A stretch of DNA of 64,000 nt, taken from Dehalococcoidia bacterium. Its GTDB lineage: Bacteria > Chloroflexota > Dehalococcoidia > Plut-88900. The notes under the pieces were generated by a model. The model was not told the DNA's origin, searched no databases, and saw only the letters and a list, made by a program, of their open reading frames with translations. Shown in pieces: positions 9,581 through 20,007 of the stretch (position 1 is the first letter of the stretch; each line of letters starts with the position of its first letter). The translations under genes and the position numbers were made by a program. The DNA lies in contig OZ240215.1 in NCBI GenBank assembly GCA_965197585.1, positions 3,264,001 through 3,328,000 of the forward strand. Direction: 5' to 3'.

Positions 9581-10512
9581 GAGGACTCGATCCCCAAGGC
9601 CCGGAGGGCCGTTCGAGCAAGAGCCTTCTTCTTCTCAAGGGAGGACATTATCGTATCGGTGATGACAGTCTTCACGCCAAGGCCCCGCACCCAGTCCATG
9701 TCTTCGGCGTCGGCGTAGTCCATGATAAAGGAGCCGAGAAACGGCCTGTAAATCTCGGCGACTCCGTAGGCGCTCACATCGTGGCCCAGTGCATCCATCA
9801 TGTCTGCAGCAGGGCCCTTGATTGCCTTCCCCCCGACTATCGGACTTATGGCCGTGACCCGGGCCTGGGCGGCCGTTAATCGCTCCATGATGCTCTTTAC
9901 GGCCAGGATCGGGCCAATGCTGATTATAGGGTTGCTTGGGGCTATTACGATGCCGTCAGCGTTGTCGATAGCGTCAAGCACGCCATCCGCGGGCTCCGCG
10001 GATTCGATACCTGAAAACCGGATAGCCTCGACCCTGTCCATCGCCTGATTCTTCACCAGGTACTCCTGGAAGCCTGCATCCCCCTTTTCGGTGAAGACCC
10101 TGGTTTCAACCCTCTGATCGCTCATGGGCAGGAGCCGGCATTTGAGACCGAGGCTCCGGCTCACTTCAGATGTGATCTCGGAGAGCAAGCCTCCTTCCCT
10201 CATGCGCTGCGTACGGTGGATATGGAGGGCCAAGTCCTGGTCCCCCAGGTTGAACCATGTCTCCCTACCCAGACGCTTGAGGGCCGAAAGGCATTCCCAG
10301 GTCTCGTTCTTAAGCCCCCAGCCCCGGGCTTCATCTGCGAGGCCGGAAAGAGTGTAAGTGACAGTGTCCACGTCGGGAGAGATGTACAGGCCGTGGAGGA
10401 CCACGTCGTCCCCCGTGTTGATGATGACAGTGACCTCAGCGGGATCTACGACCTTGACGAGGCCCTGTAAAAACCTGGCGGCCCCCACCCCACCCGCGAG
10501 GACGGTGATCAC
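9577..10512 (-). CDS. cofD: 2-phospho-L-lactate transferase
   Basis: LAGGVGAARF, NTGDD, SPDVDT, WFNLGDQD, PSNPIISI, KGPAADMM. Confidence 0.95.
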   Translation of the reverse strand: MITVLAGGVGAARFLQGLVKVVDPAEVTVIINTGDDVVLHGLYISPDVDTVTYTLSGLADEARGWGLKNETWECLSALKRLGRETWFNLGDQDLALHIHRTQRMREGGLLSEITSEVSRSLGLKCRLLPMSDQRVETRVFTEKGDAGFQEYLVKNQAMDRVEAIRFSGIESAEPADGVLDAIDNADGIVIAPSNPIISIGPILAVKSIMERLTAAQARVTAISPIVGGKAIKGPAADMMDALGHDVSAYGVAEIYRPFLGSFIMDYADAEDMDWVRGLGVKTVITDTIMSSLEKKKALARTALRALGIESS

Positions 10513-10519
10513 TACAACG

Positions 10520-11872
10520 CTACCCTAGAACGTCCAGGGCAAGGGCTATCAGCATCTTGGTGCCCAGTGTCAGGCTTCGCACGTCAATCGACTCGTTCGT
10601 GCCGTGGACGTTGGCGAGATTGGCAGCGTCCTCGGGGTGCGATACCTGGAACCCGTAGGTCAATGTGCCCAGGGGACGCATGAAGCGGGAGTCCGTGAAT
10701 CCCGTGGTAAAAGTGGGTATCCACACCGCTTCCGACCCGTCCAGCGAGCGCTCGGTGGCGCTTCTCACTTTGACTGCAAACTCGGTGTTGTAAGGAGCCA
10801 TGCTCGGAATGGCCATGTAGTCGATATCGAATTCCACATCCGGGATGCCGTCCAGGATTTTCTCCACTTCGCCCCGCACGTACGCCTCATCCTGGTGATA
10901 CAGGGTGCGAACGTCGCAGGTAATCAGGCACTTGGCCGGGATGGAGTTGGACTTGATGCCACCTTCGATCATGGTAGACGAGATGGTCATTCGGGAGAGG
11001 CCCCTGATCCTGGAAGCCATCTGTGGGTCTCTCTCCGCGAGCTCTGTGGCCAGGCGATCGATGTTCTCCGCGGTGGGTTCTTCTTCTATGTCCAGGCTCC
11101 TCAAGTGGCCGAAGATTTCGGATGATACGTCGACCTCCGGTTTGTATTCGGCAATCCTATTCAGCACCTGGGCCGACTTGGTCAAGGCGTTGGTCCCCCT
11201 CCAGGGTGTGGAGGCGTGGGCCGGGACTCCGTTGACGGTGATGTGCACCTCCAAACGTCCCTTCTCCCCGATCCCGAACAGATAGGCGGGCGCTCCCTTG
11301 CGCTGGACTACGTCGCCGCCGCCCTCGTTGATGCAGTAGTCGGCTTTTAGCCGGTCGGGATGGTTCTCCGCGAGCCACCCCACCCCGAACCTCCCCCCCG
11401 CTTCTTCATCGGCGCAGGCTGCGAGAGTCAGATCGCCCTGAAGCTGCACCCCGGCCCTCTTCATGATGACCATTGCCATGGTCTGGCACGTCAGCAGCGC
11501 CTTGCAGTCCGAGGAACCGCGCCCGTATAGACGCGTCCCGATGATATCGGCGCTGAAGGGTGGGCAGATCCACTCGGACTCTGTCTCTACCGGCACCACG
11601 TCGGTATGGGCCATATAGATCATAGATTGGCCGCCGCCGGTGCCCTTGATCGTGGCAAAATAGTTGCCTCGACCCGGTGCCGACTCTATTGTCTCGCCGT
11701 GGATGCCCTCCTTGGCCAAGAGATCGCTCAAAAATTCGCAGGCCTTGGTCTCGTCTCCGGTTGGCATGAAGCCCGTGTTAACCGTTGGGATCCGTACCAG
11801 GTCCTGTTGGAGCCCGACTATTTCGTCATAGGACCGGTCTACCTGTTCGAAGAGTTCGGAAAGAGTGGGCAT
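10520..11872 (-). CDS. M20/M25/M40 family metallohydrolase
   Basis: HTDVVP, GRGSSDCK, ADEEAGG, NEGG, HGTNE. Confidence 0.9.
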   Translation of the reverse strand: MPTLSELFEQVDRSYDEIVGLQQDLVRIPTVNTGFMPTGDETKACEFLSDLLAKEGIHGETIESAPGRGNYFATIKGTGGGQSMIYMAHTDVVPVETESEWICPPFSADIIGTRLYGRGSSDCKALLTCQTMAMVIMKRAGVQLQGDLTLAACADEEAGGRFGVGWLAENHPDRLKADYCINEGGGDVVQRKGAPAYLFGIGEKGRLEVHITVNGVPAHASTPWRGTNALTKSAQVLNRIAEYKPEVDVSSEIFGHLRSLDIEEEPTAENIDRLATELAERDPQMASRIRGLSRMTISSTMIEGGIKSNSIPAKCLITCDVRTLYHQDEAYVRGEVEKILDGIPDVEFDIDYMAIPSMAPYNTEFAVKVRSATERSLDGSEAVWIPTFTTGFTDSRFMRPLGTLTYGFQVSHPEDAANLANVHGTNESIDVRSLTLGTKMLIALALDVLG

Positions 11873-11881
11873 TGGGCCTCC

Positions 11882-12589
11882 TTACTGAGCAGGGAGATCG
11901 ATTGGAGGAGCGGGTTGAAGGTCTAAGGATACCCTCTTGCCGTGGAGGGCCTTGAGTTGCTCAAAATGAGCCTTGTATTCAGGTGTCAGGATGGAGTCCG
12001 TGGTCATGATGTAGGCGTCTTCGTTGTTGTCCAGATAGTAGCGCTTGCGGACGCCCACTTTTTTGAAACCATATTTGCCGTAAAGGGACTGGGCCCCGCG
12101 GTTGGAGACCCGGACTTCCAGTGTTATATAGCGTGAGCCCCACCCCATTGCGGTCTCTATTGCACGTATGAGGAGAGCCTCCCCGACCCCGTGTCGGCGG
12201 AAGGGCGTCCTAACCCCGACAGAGACGACATGGGCGTCGTCAACGACGTCCCAGAGCCCCAGGTATCCGAGAATATAATCGTCGTTGCCGGGGGCCGGTG
12301 TCCCGGGCAAGAGTCGGCGCAGGACACTGGCGGCACGAGAAAGCAAAGTGGGCGGGGCCGGATTTTCTGAGGTGACGTAAGGGATGTCCGACACGTCGTC
12401 CAGGGCCACGGCGACCAAATAGACGGCCAGCTTATTGTTGATTTCGCGGTTGAAAGATGTGGGAGGCCAGAGGGTTGGGAACGCGTCCTTCTCGACTTCA
12501 ACCAACTGCTGGGAATCCAGGCGCGAAATGTGCCTTATATGGAACCGGATCGGGATGAGGGACATAGCGTTGTCCGATGCACGGGACAA
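11882..12589 (-). CDS. rimI: RimI-like GNAT N-acetyltransferase (start may be 12565)
   Basis: RRHGVGEALL, TLEVRVSN, YGKYGF, RKRYY...EDAYIM. Confidence 0.85.
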   Translation of the reverse strand: MSRASDNAMSLIPIRFHIRHISRLDSQQLVEVEKDAFPTLWPPTSFNREINNKLAVYLVAVALDDVSDIPYVTSENPAPPTLLSRAASVLRRLLPGTPAPGNDDYILGYLGLWDVVDDAHVVSVGVRTPFRRHGVGEALLIRAIETAMGWGSRYITLEVRVSNRGAQSLYGKYGFKKVGVRKRYYLDNNEDAYIMTTDSILTPEYKAHFEQLKALHGKRVSLDLQPAPPIDLPAQ

Positions 12590-12710
12590 AGTGGCTTCAT
12601 TCTACCACAAGGCTGCACCGCTACCTTTTGGCCACCACTTTCGTTATATTAGTCGTAGGTTATCAGGCAGACAAATTCCCGGCGAACTCGAGGGCCCAAA
12701 GGGAAACCCG

Positions 12711-13256
12711 ATGCAGACCGAGCAACAGCTTATAGAAAGCGCTCAGGCAGGCAGCAACAGCGCCTTCGAGCAGATATACGAAGAATACTTCGACAGGATC
12801 TTTTCGTACATCGCTGCGCGCATCGGCAACCGGTTCGACGCGGAGGATCTGACTGAAGAGGTATTCCTGAAGGCCCTTAAATCGATAGGGTCTTTCAAGT
12901 GGCAGGGTATTTCCATAGGCGCATGGCTATTTCGGATAGCGCACAACATAACGGTAGACCACCTGAGGAAGATGTCCAAGAGGCAGACCATGCCTATAGA
13001 AGAGAGCCTATCCAGCAAGGGCCCCTCTCCCGAGGATAGAGCGTTGACGAATATCGCCGTGGAACGGGTCAAAAACGCCTTGAGCCGGTTGACCCAGGCT
13101 CAGCAGCAAGTGCTGAGCCTCAGGTTGGCATCAGGGGTCTCAGTGGCAGAGACCGCGAAGATTCTGGGTAAGTCGGAGGGGGCAATCAAAGCATCCCAGC
13201 ACAGCGCATTGGCCGCGATCAGAAGGATATTCGCCGCGGAGCATGGAGAATATTAG
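12711..13256 (+). CDS. ECF RNA polymerase sigma factor
   Basis: AEDLTEEVF, AWLFRIAHN, region-4 ETAKILGKSEGAIK; ATG 12711 preferred. Confidence 0.92.
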   Translation: MQTEQQLIESAQAGSNSAFEQIYEEYFDRIFSYIAARIGNRFDAEDLTEEVFLKALKSIGSFKWQGISIGAWLFRIAHNITVDHLRKMSKRQTMPIEESLSSKGPSPEDRALTNIAVERVKNALSRLTQAQQQVLSLRLASGVSVAETAKILGKSEGAIKASQHSALAAIRRIFAAEHGEY

Positions 13257-14319
13257 CGAACTAGAACATATCCTGGACCTGTGCATTGATGCCCTGAACA
13301 GAGGGGGCTCAATTGAGCAGTGCCTCGCCCGTCACCCCGAATATGCTGACGAGCTTGAGCCACTGCTTATCACAGCACAGGAAATAATTGCTGTACCCCA
13401 ACCCCTCCCCAGCCCCGAGTTGAAGTCCGAGACGAAAAGGGCGCTCCATGTCTCACTCCCCAGTCCTGAAGAGCTGCGTCTCCAGTACGCCTTGGACCAC
13501 TGCATAGAACTCCTGATACAGGGCAAGAGCGTCGAGCATTGCCTTGAACTTTACCCCGAGTTCTCCGCTGGGCTTGAACCACTGCTGACCGTGGCCTCAA
13601 CTCTTCGTGAGGGTCTTAACGTCAAGGCAAGCCTCCGGTTCAAAGAAGAGGCGCGGCGTCGCGTATTGTCCCGGGTGGGGAAGGCAGGAATCACCAGATT
13701 GCTGCCTTGGGTGTCGTGGCCCAAGTGGGCTTATAGAGGCGCTTTGGCAGCGGCAGCGCTCCTGATAATGGTATCCGCCGGCCATCTCACTGTAAGTTCA
13801 TCTTCGGACAGCGCCCCCGGTGATTTTCTATATCCGGTCAAGGGACTCTCCGAATCCGTACAAATGAAACTGACCACGTCCAATGAGGGCGAGGCGAAGC
13901 TCCATGTGGAATTGGCCAGCCGTCGAGCCCAGGAATTGGCGGCGGCAGCTGTCGACGGGGACCAACAGATGGTAGAGGAGCTGCTCGTAAAACTTCAAGG
14001 TCACCTGGAAGAAGCCCCCCGCCTTATGGGTGAGAAACAGTTTCACGAAGCCTTGGAGCTTGTCCTACAGGGTGATGGAGATATGGACCATACACAGCTC
14101 CGGGAGTTGCTGGTCATGCTGGGCCAGGACATCAGGATGAATGATGCCCGACTCAAAGGGGCGATGGATGAGGTGCCCGACCACATGCACCCCGAACTCG
14201 AGACCGTCATTGCCCGGGTGCGGACCCACTACACCGAGACCATCGCCGCCCTGGAAGACAAACACTCCTCCGAAGATCTCGACTCTCTGAATGGCGTCAG
14301 GCTTACTTATCGCAAATAG
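13243..14319 (+). CDS. Putative membrane anti-sigma factor (DUF5667-like C-terminal domain)
   Basis: Overlaps the ECF sigma gene; single TM then SAPGDFLYPVK motif. Confidence 0.75.
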   Translation: MENISELEHILDLCIDALNRGGSIEQCLARHPEYADELEPLLITAQEIIAVPQPLPSPELKSETKRALHVSLPSPEELRLQYALDHCIELLIQGKSVEHCLELYPEFSAGLEPLLTVASTLREGLNVKASLRFKEEARRRVLSRVGKAGITRLLPWVSWPKWAYRGALAAAALLIMVSAGHLTVSSSSDSAPGDFLYPVKGLSESVQMKLTTSNEGEAKLHVELASRRAQELAAAAVDGDQQMVEELLVKLQGHLEEAPRLMGEKQFHEALELVLQGDGDMDHTQLRELLVMLGQDIRMNDARLKGAMDEVPDHMHPELETVIARVRTHYTETIAALEDKHSSEDLDSLNGVRLTYRK

Positions 14320-14371
14320 CGCCTGCCTTGATGGTAGGGCTATTAGCTGGTAGGCTTGGCGTTTACCAGTT

Positions 14372-16135
14372 ATGAGACCTCTCCTCCGGCTTTCTGCCTT
14401 CCTCAGACCCTACAAGAAACACCTTGGGCTGACCTATTTTGCCCTGGTCATGTCCACCCTCCTCTCCCTGGCCGTGCCCCGGCTCCTGGGAGACTCCATA
14501 GACAAGATCCTTGAGAAGGACACTTTCAGTTTCCTTATCTTGCTGGGATCAGCGGTTATAGCCTTCGCCCTGGCGCGCTCCGTCTTTTCCTATCTCCAGA
14601 CCTACGTGGCGGAGTACATATCGCAGAAAGTGGCCTACGACCTGCGAGGCGCCATCTACGATCACCTCCAGCACCTGAGCTTCGCCTTCCACGATACCCA
14701 ACAAACGGGACACTTGATGTCCCGCGCCACTGCAGACGTGGAGGGTGTGCGGTGGTTCATCAGCCTGGGACTGGTGCGTTCCCTGCATCTGATAGTGCTC
14801 TTCGGAGGCATCAGCGGGCTTTTAATGGCGACTAACTGGAAGCTGGGACTCATTTCGTTGGGAGCCTTGCCCCTAGTCGCGGGCCGAGCCACCTTCGTCT
14901 CCCGGAGGCTGAGGGTCGTATGGCGGAACATCCAGGACATGAGGGGCCGGATGGGGGGTATGTTGCAGGAGAACCTCGCCGGGGCCCGAGTAGTAAGAGC
15001 CTTCTCCCGAGAAACGTTCGAAGGCCGGAAGTTTGGTGGGCACGCTGTTAGTCTCGCCGAAGAGAACGTTCTCGCTTCCCAGATCCAGGCTTCCAACGCA
15101 CCGCTGATGAACTTCATATTCGCGGTCATTACCATCGCAGTGCTGTGGGTCGGGGCCAGGGAGGTCATCGACGGACGTATGACGCCCGGGGAGCTCACCC
15201 AGTTCATCTTCTACCTGATGCTGCTGGCGTTCCCGGTCAGGATAGTGGGTTGGGTGATAACAATGTTCTCCAGGGCTGCCTCCTCCGGGGAGAGAATATT
15301 TGAAATCTTGGATTCCACATCGCCTGTTCAGGAAGCGCCCGATGCGAGGGAACTGACCGACGTTCAGGGCAGAGTCGAGTTCCGCGCCATGGGGTTCCAG
15401 TACGACTCCTCCGTGCCGACGCTGGACGGGATAGACCTGCACGTCGAGCCGGGGCAGGTTGTAGCCCTTCTCGGGGCAGCGGGGAGCGGGAAGACCACGT
15501 TGGTCCATCTGCTGCCCCGCTTTTACGATGTCACCGAGGGAGCAATCCTGATTGACGGCACGGACATCCGGGACCTGACGCTCGACTCCCTACGGCGGGA
15601 AGTTGGGATAGTCCAACAGGATGTGTTCTTATTCGGGGATACCGTGAGGAACAACATCGCCTACGGAACACCCGACGCGCCGCTGGAGGATGTAAAGAGG
15701 GCGGCCGAAGCTGCGCGGATAAGCGAGTTCATCGAGTCTCTCCCGAAGGGTTACGATGCCTGGGTGGGGGAGAGGGGAATCACCCTATCCGGGGGTCAGA
15801 AGCAGCGCATCTCGATTGCCAGGACGCTGCTCATGGACCCCAAGATACTTATTCTGGACGACTCCACTGCCAGCGTGGACACCGAGACCGAGATGCTGAT
15901 CCAAGAGGCCTTGAAAGTCCTGATCAAGGGCCGCACCACCTTCGTGATAGCCCAGAGGCTGAGCACGGTGCGGAACGCAGACCTGATCCTGGTGCTAAAG
16001 GACGGCAGGATCGCCGAGAGCGGTACCCACGCCGAACTGCTTGCCGCCGGCGGCATATACAGGGAGATCCACGACTTGCAGTTGAGGCCCCAGGCCTCCG
16101 GTGAGGGAGTGGTTGCCTCTCCCATAGAAGGCTAG
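14372..16135 (+). CDS. ABC exporter, fused permease/ATPase, subunit 1
   Basis: GAAGSGKT, LSGGQKQR, degenerate Walker B ILDDS, AQR switch. Confidence 0.95.
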   Translation: MRPLLRLSAFLRPYKKHLGLTYFALVMSTLLSLAVPRLLGDSIDKILEKDTFSFLILLGSAVIAFALARSVFSYLQTYVAEYISQKVAYDLRGAIYDHLQHLSFAFHDTQQTGHLMSRATADVEGVRWFISLGLVRSLHLIVLFGGISGLLMATNWKLGLISLGALPLVAGRATFVSRRLRVVWRNIQDMRGRMGGMLQENLAGARVVRAFSRETFEGRKFGGHAVSLAEENVLASQIQASNAPLMNFIFAVITIAVLWVGAREVIDGRMTPGELTQFIFYLMLLAFPVRIVGWVITMFSRAASSGERIFEILDSTSPVQEAPDARELTDVQGRVEFRAMGFQYDSSVPTLDGIDLHVEPGQVVALLGAAGSGKTTLVHLLPRFYDVTEGAILIDGTDIRDLTLDSLRREVGIVQQDVFLFGDTVRNNIAYGTPDAPLEDVKRAAEAARISEFIESLPKGYDAWVGERGITLSGGQKQRISIARTLLMDPKILILDDSTASVDTETEMLIQEALKVLIKGRTTFVIAQRLSTVRNADLILVLKDGRIAESGTHAELLAAGGIYREIHDLQLRPQASGEGVVASPIEG

Positions 16136-16147
16136 GCAGATTCGCTC

Positions 16148-17938
16148 ATGCACATGCACTATCACGGCTCAGGCAATATCGACGAGACGGACATCCGGGG
16201 CAGCCTGTACAACCAACAGGTGATGACCAGGCTGCTCCCGTATCTGGGGCCGTACAAGAAGATGGTAGCCGTTGCCACGGTTGCGATGCTGGTGCACACG
16301 GGAAGCCTGGTCCTGTTCCCCTGGCTCATCGCTATGGCATTCGGGTCGGTGGTAGACGGAAACCTGGACCGCCTGACGTGGGTCCTGGTTGCCATGGGCG
16401 TCAACGCATTGGTCGGATGGGCATTTAACTACGTCCAGCTCGTTCTCATGGCCCGGGTGGGCCAAAACGTACTGTACAACCTCAGGATGGACCTGTTCCG
16501 GCATCTGCAGAGCCTCTCCCTGAACTTCTATGACAAGAACGAAGTGGGACGCATCATGTCCCGTATGCAGAATGACATCATCCAACTCCAGGAATTCCTC
16601 ACAACGGGCATCCTCGTATTCGGCGACATTCTCGTGCTGGGCGGAATAGTCGGGGCAATGCTTCTGATGGACGTCCAACTGGCCTTGATAACCTTAGCCG
16701 TGCTCCCCTTCCTGTTCCTGCTCCTTTACTACTGGCAGCAATTCGCCCGCAGGGCATACCTGCGCGTCAGGAGAGCCATAGCGGCGGTGAACGGATCCTT
16801 GCAGGAGAACATCGCCGGCATCCGAGTCGTGCAGAGCACGGGAAGGGAAGAGCTGAACTTGAAGAAGTTCAGCAACCTGAACGGTCGCAACCTGAACACC
16901 AGCCTGGAGGCCAGCCGGTTGTCGTCCGGAGTACTGCCCGCCGTGGAGGTTATCAGCGCCTTGGCACTGGTACTGGTTATCATATTCGGGGGACGCCTGG
17001 CCCTCCAGGGAGACCTGCCGGAAGAGTTGCTGGTGGCGTTTGCCATGTACATACAGCGCTTCTTCGAACCGGTCAGAAACGTGACTATGCAGTACACGGA
17101 AATTCAGAGGGCCATGGCGTCGGGTGTAGGCGTATTCGAGCTTATGGACGTGCCCCTTTCCATCAAGGACGCCCCCCACGCCACCCCCCTCTCCACCGTT
17201 AAGGGCCGACTCCACTTCGATCACGTGAGCTTTTCCTACAACGAGGAAATCGAGGTGCTGCGTGACATCGACCTGCTCATCGAACCCGGGGAGACCGTGG
17301 CTGTGGTCGGGCCGACTGGTGGGGGAAAGAGCACCCTCGTCTCCCTGGTCCCGAGGTTGTACGACGTAAACGCAGGCCGTATCACCATAGACGGGATGGA
17401 CATTCGTGACGTGACCCGGGAGTCCTTGACCCGGCAGGTGAGTACGGTTCTCCAGGACCCGTTCCTGTTCACCGGCACCGTCGCCGAGAACATTCGCTAC
17501 GGACGCCTCAACGCGACCGACGAGGAGATACGGGAAGCCGCGATGCTCGTGGGGGCCGACCCATTCATTTCCAGGCTGCCTGATGGCTACGAGACCGAGC
17601 TCCAGGAGATGGGAAGTAATTTAAGCTCCGGCCAAAGACAACTGGTGAGCTTTGCCAGGGCCGTCATCGCCAACCCGCGCATCCTCATCCTGGATGAGGC
17701 AACGGCAAACATCGATACGCAGACCGAGTTCCTTATCCAGAGCGCCTTGGTCAAGCTGTTGAAGGGCAGGACATCTCTCATAATCGCCCACCGTTTGTCG
17801 ACTGTTCGCAACGCCTCGCGCATTGTGGTCATAGACAATGGCCGGATCGCCGAGATCGGCAACCACGATGAACTGGTGAGGCAGGGCGGGGTCTACGCCC
17901 GCCTCAACGCCATGACACTACAGGCGATGGAGGCCTAA
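16148..17938 (+). CDS. ABC exporter, fused permease/ATPase, subunit 2 (heterodimer partner)
   Basis: GPTGGGKS, LSSGQRQ, ILDEAT, AHRLST. Confidence 0.95.
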   Translation: MHMHYHGSGNIDETDIRGSLYNQQVMTRLLPYLGPYKKMVAVATVAMLVHTGSLVLFPWLIAMAFGSVVDGNLDRLTWVLVAMGVNALVGWAFNYVQLVLMARVGQNVLYNLRMDLFRHLQSLSLNFYDKNEVGRIMSRMQNDIIQLQEFLTTGILVFGDILVLGGIVGAMLLMDVQLALITLAVLPFLFLLLYYWQQFARRAYLRVRRAIAAVNGSLQENIAGIRVVQSTGREELNLKKFSNLNGRNLNTSLEASRLSSGVLPAVEVISALALVLVIIFGGRLALQGDLPEELLVAFAMYIQRFFEPVRNVTMQYTEIQRAMASGVGVFELMDVPLSIKDAPHATPLSTVKGRLHFDHVSFSYNEEIEVLRDIDLLIEPGETVAVVGPTGGGKSTLVSLVPRLYDVNAGRITIDGMDIRDVTRESLTRQVSTVLQDPFLFTGTVAENIRYGRLNATDEEIREAAMLVGADPFISRLPDGYETELQEMGSNLSSGQRQLVSFARAVIANPRILILDEATANIDTQTEFLIQSALVKLLKGRTSLIIAHRLSTVRNASRIVVIDNGRIAEIGNHDELVRQGGVYARLNAMTLQAMEA

Positions 17939-17950
17939 AGAGGCCCGGTA

Positions 17951-18979
17951 CTATAGGAGGCTTCCTTGCTCAGAGGAGGCGCTGTTGACGTAGGCGATGC
18001 CCAGGTGCTCGTATGCGCCCTTGGTGGCAACCCTCCCCCGAGGCGTACGGTCCAGGAAGCCGAGTTGGAGAAGGTAGGGTTCGTATACGTCCTGGATTGT
18101 GTCGGGCTCCTCGCTGATGGACGCAGCAACGGTGTCGAGGCCCACGGGACCGCCGTTGTAGTTCTGGATGATGGTGCGTAGGACGCGGTGGTCTATTTCG
18201 TCCAGGCCCAGTGAGTCAACTTCCAGCCGGGTGAGGGCCTCGGAGGCAGTCTGCTTTGAGATGACTCCGTCGGCCATAACCTCGGCATAGTCTCTGACGC
18301 GTTTGAGCAGTCGATTGGCAACCCTGGGGGTGCCCCGCGCCCGACGCGCTATCTCTTCCAGTCCCGCATCCTCCGCCTTCACCCCCAGAATGCTCGCAGC
18401 CCTGCTCACTATTTCTTTGATAGCGGCTGTGTCGTAGAAATCGAGCCGGTAGACGGCCCCGAACCGATTTCTCAGGGGTGCGCTGACCATGGCGTAGCGG
18501 GTGGTAGCCCCGACGAAGGTGAAGCGAGGGAGCTTCAGGCGCAGGCTACGGGCCCCGGCCCCCTTGCCGATCATGATGTCCAGGGCAAAGTCCTCCATCG
18601 CAGGGTAGAGCACTTCTTCAACGGCGCGGCTTAGGCGGTGCACCTCGTCTATGAAGAGAATGTCGTCCTTCTTGAGGTTCGTGATGATGGCCGCCAGGTC
18701 TCCCGCGCGCTCGACGGCGGGGCCTGAAGTGGTCTTGATGCTTACCCCCATCTCGGCGGCAACGATGTTGGCCAGGGTTGTCTTGCCGAGACCCGGAGGG
18801 CCGTATAGGAGGATGTGGTCCAAAGCCTCGCCCCGCTTCTTGGAAGCGGCTACGGCTATGGACAGGTTCCCCTTAACCTTGTCCTGCCCGATGTACTCGG
18901 AAAGGGTCTTGGGACGCAGGCTCAGGTCTAGAGAACCGTCATGTGTATGGGGCTTAGCCGATACAATCCGTTCAGCCAT
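17951..18979 (-). CDS. ruvB: Holliday junction branch migration helicase RuvB
   Basis: [52 protein letters not shown]. Confidence 0.98.
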   Translation of the reverse strand: MAERIVSAKPHTHDGSLDLSLRPKTLSEYIGQDKVKGNLSIAVAASKKRGEALDHILLYGPPGLGKTTLANIVAAEMGVSIKTTSGPAVERAGDLAAIITNLKKDDILFIDEVHRLSRAVEEVLYPAMEDFALDIMIGKGAGARSLRLKLPRFTFVGATTRYAMVSAPLRNRFGAVYRLDFYDTAAIKEIVSRAASILGVKAEDAGLEEIARRARGTPRVANRLLKRVRDYAEVMADGVISKQTASEALTRLEVDSLGLDEIDHRVLRTIIQNYNGGPVGLDTVAASISEEPDTIQDVYEPYLLQLGFLDRTPRGRVATKGAYEHLGIAYVNSASSEQGSLL

Positions 18980-19049
18980 CCGGCCTCCCGTCCCCACGGT
19001 CTGGCTTCAACCGAAAGGGTGAAGAAGTTTCGTTTGACGCCAGTCTAGC

Positions 19050-19823
19050 CTAGCTCCCCTTGAAGGTAGGCGCTCGCTTCTCTTGGAAAGACCGGATGCC
19101 CTCGGCGTAGTCCTCTGTGTGCATGAGCATGCGGTTGGTGTGGAACTCCATCCCGAGCACCGTGTTAAGAGGGGACTCCTGTGCAGCGTAGGTGACTTTC
19201 CTAATGGCTGATACGGTAAGCGGCGGATTTTCAGCAATCTTGCTTGCCAGCGCTTTAGCTGCTGGAAGGAGCTCGTCCGCTGGGACCACTTGACTTACCA
19301 GTCCCATCCCCAAGGCAGTCTGTGCATTAATGATGTCACCGGTATACATGAGTTGGAAGGCATTGGATATGCCTACTAATCGGGGAAGGGTAAAGCTCAG
19401 ACCGCAGTCCACACCCAGGCCCCGGCGGACGAAAATGGAGGTGAAACGAGCCTGCTCAGAGGCAATGCGGATGTCACACGCAGTAGTGAGTGAGAAGCCA
19501 AGCCCTGCCGCTACACCGTTGATCGCCCCTATGATTGGGCGGCGGAAGGCGCGCAATTGCTGGATGACGGCGTCCCACACTCCTGCCCATGCATTTTGGG
19601 ACTGCTTCTGCTCGTTCCCAGATACATCGGCCCCCGAGCAGAAACCCTTGCCGGCCCCGGTGATAATAAGGGTGCGGCTGTCGTGGTCCTCATTGATGGT
19701 GTGAAGTATGCTTCGTAGCTCCAGGCCCATGTCATGAGTCACGGCGTTGAGCTTATCGGGACGGTTCAGAGTGAGTACGAAATTGCCGTTGTCCTCGTCC
19801 AGAAGGAAGTTCTTGAAGGCCAT
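19050..19823 (-). CDS. Enoyl-CoA hydratase/isomerase family (PaaG-like)
   Basis: LNRPDKLNA, FCSGAD, NGVAAGLG, GLGVDCG; start MAFKNF after SD. Confidence 0.88.
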   Translation of the reverse strand: MAFKNFLLDEDNGNFVLTLNRPDKLNAVTHDMGLELRSILHTINEDHDSRTLIITGAGKGFCSGADVSGNEQKQSQNAWAGVWDAVIQQLRAFRRPIIGAINGVAAGLGFSLTTACDIRIASEQARFTSIFVRRGLGVDCGLSFTLPRLVGISNAFQLMYTGDIINAQTALGMGLVSQVVPADELLPAAKALASKIAENPPLTVSAIRKVTYAAQESPLNTVLGMEFHTNRMLMHTEDYAEGIRSFQEKRAPTFKGS

Positions 19824-19949
19824 TCTGATCTCCCTGTATTGTGGGCCGGGATTGGTCTCGCTCCTCTCCGCATGATACCCAGCGCCCCATTCAGGCGTCA
19901 ACAAAGTGTCGCGAGGCCTTATAACCAGCCCCTCTCTGAGGGGCTACCC

Positions 19950-19978
19950 TTGACATGATTTTCGCACGTAAATATAAT
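19950..19978 (+). promoter_or_regulatory. Consensus sigma70 promoter of the yceD-rpmF-fab operon
   Basis: TTGACA-N17-TATAAT. Confidence 0.9.
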
Positions 19979-20007
19979 TTCGCTTTGAATTCCTAGAGTT
20001 CACGCGC

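Noticed and set aside
12435-12710. N-terminal extension of the ECF sigma ORF
   Set aside because: Overlaps divergent rimI; sigma similarity begins at MQTEQQ (12711)
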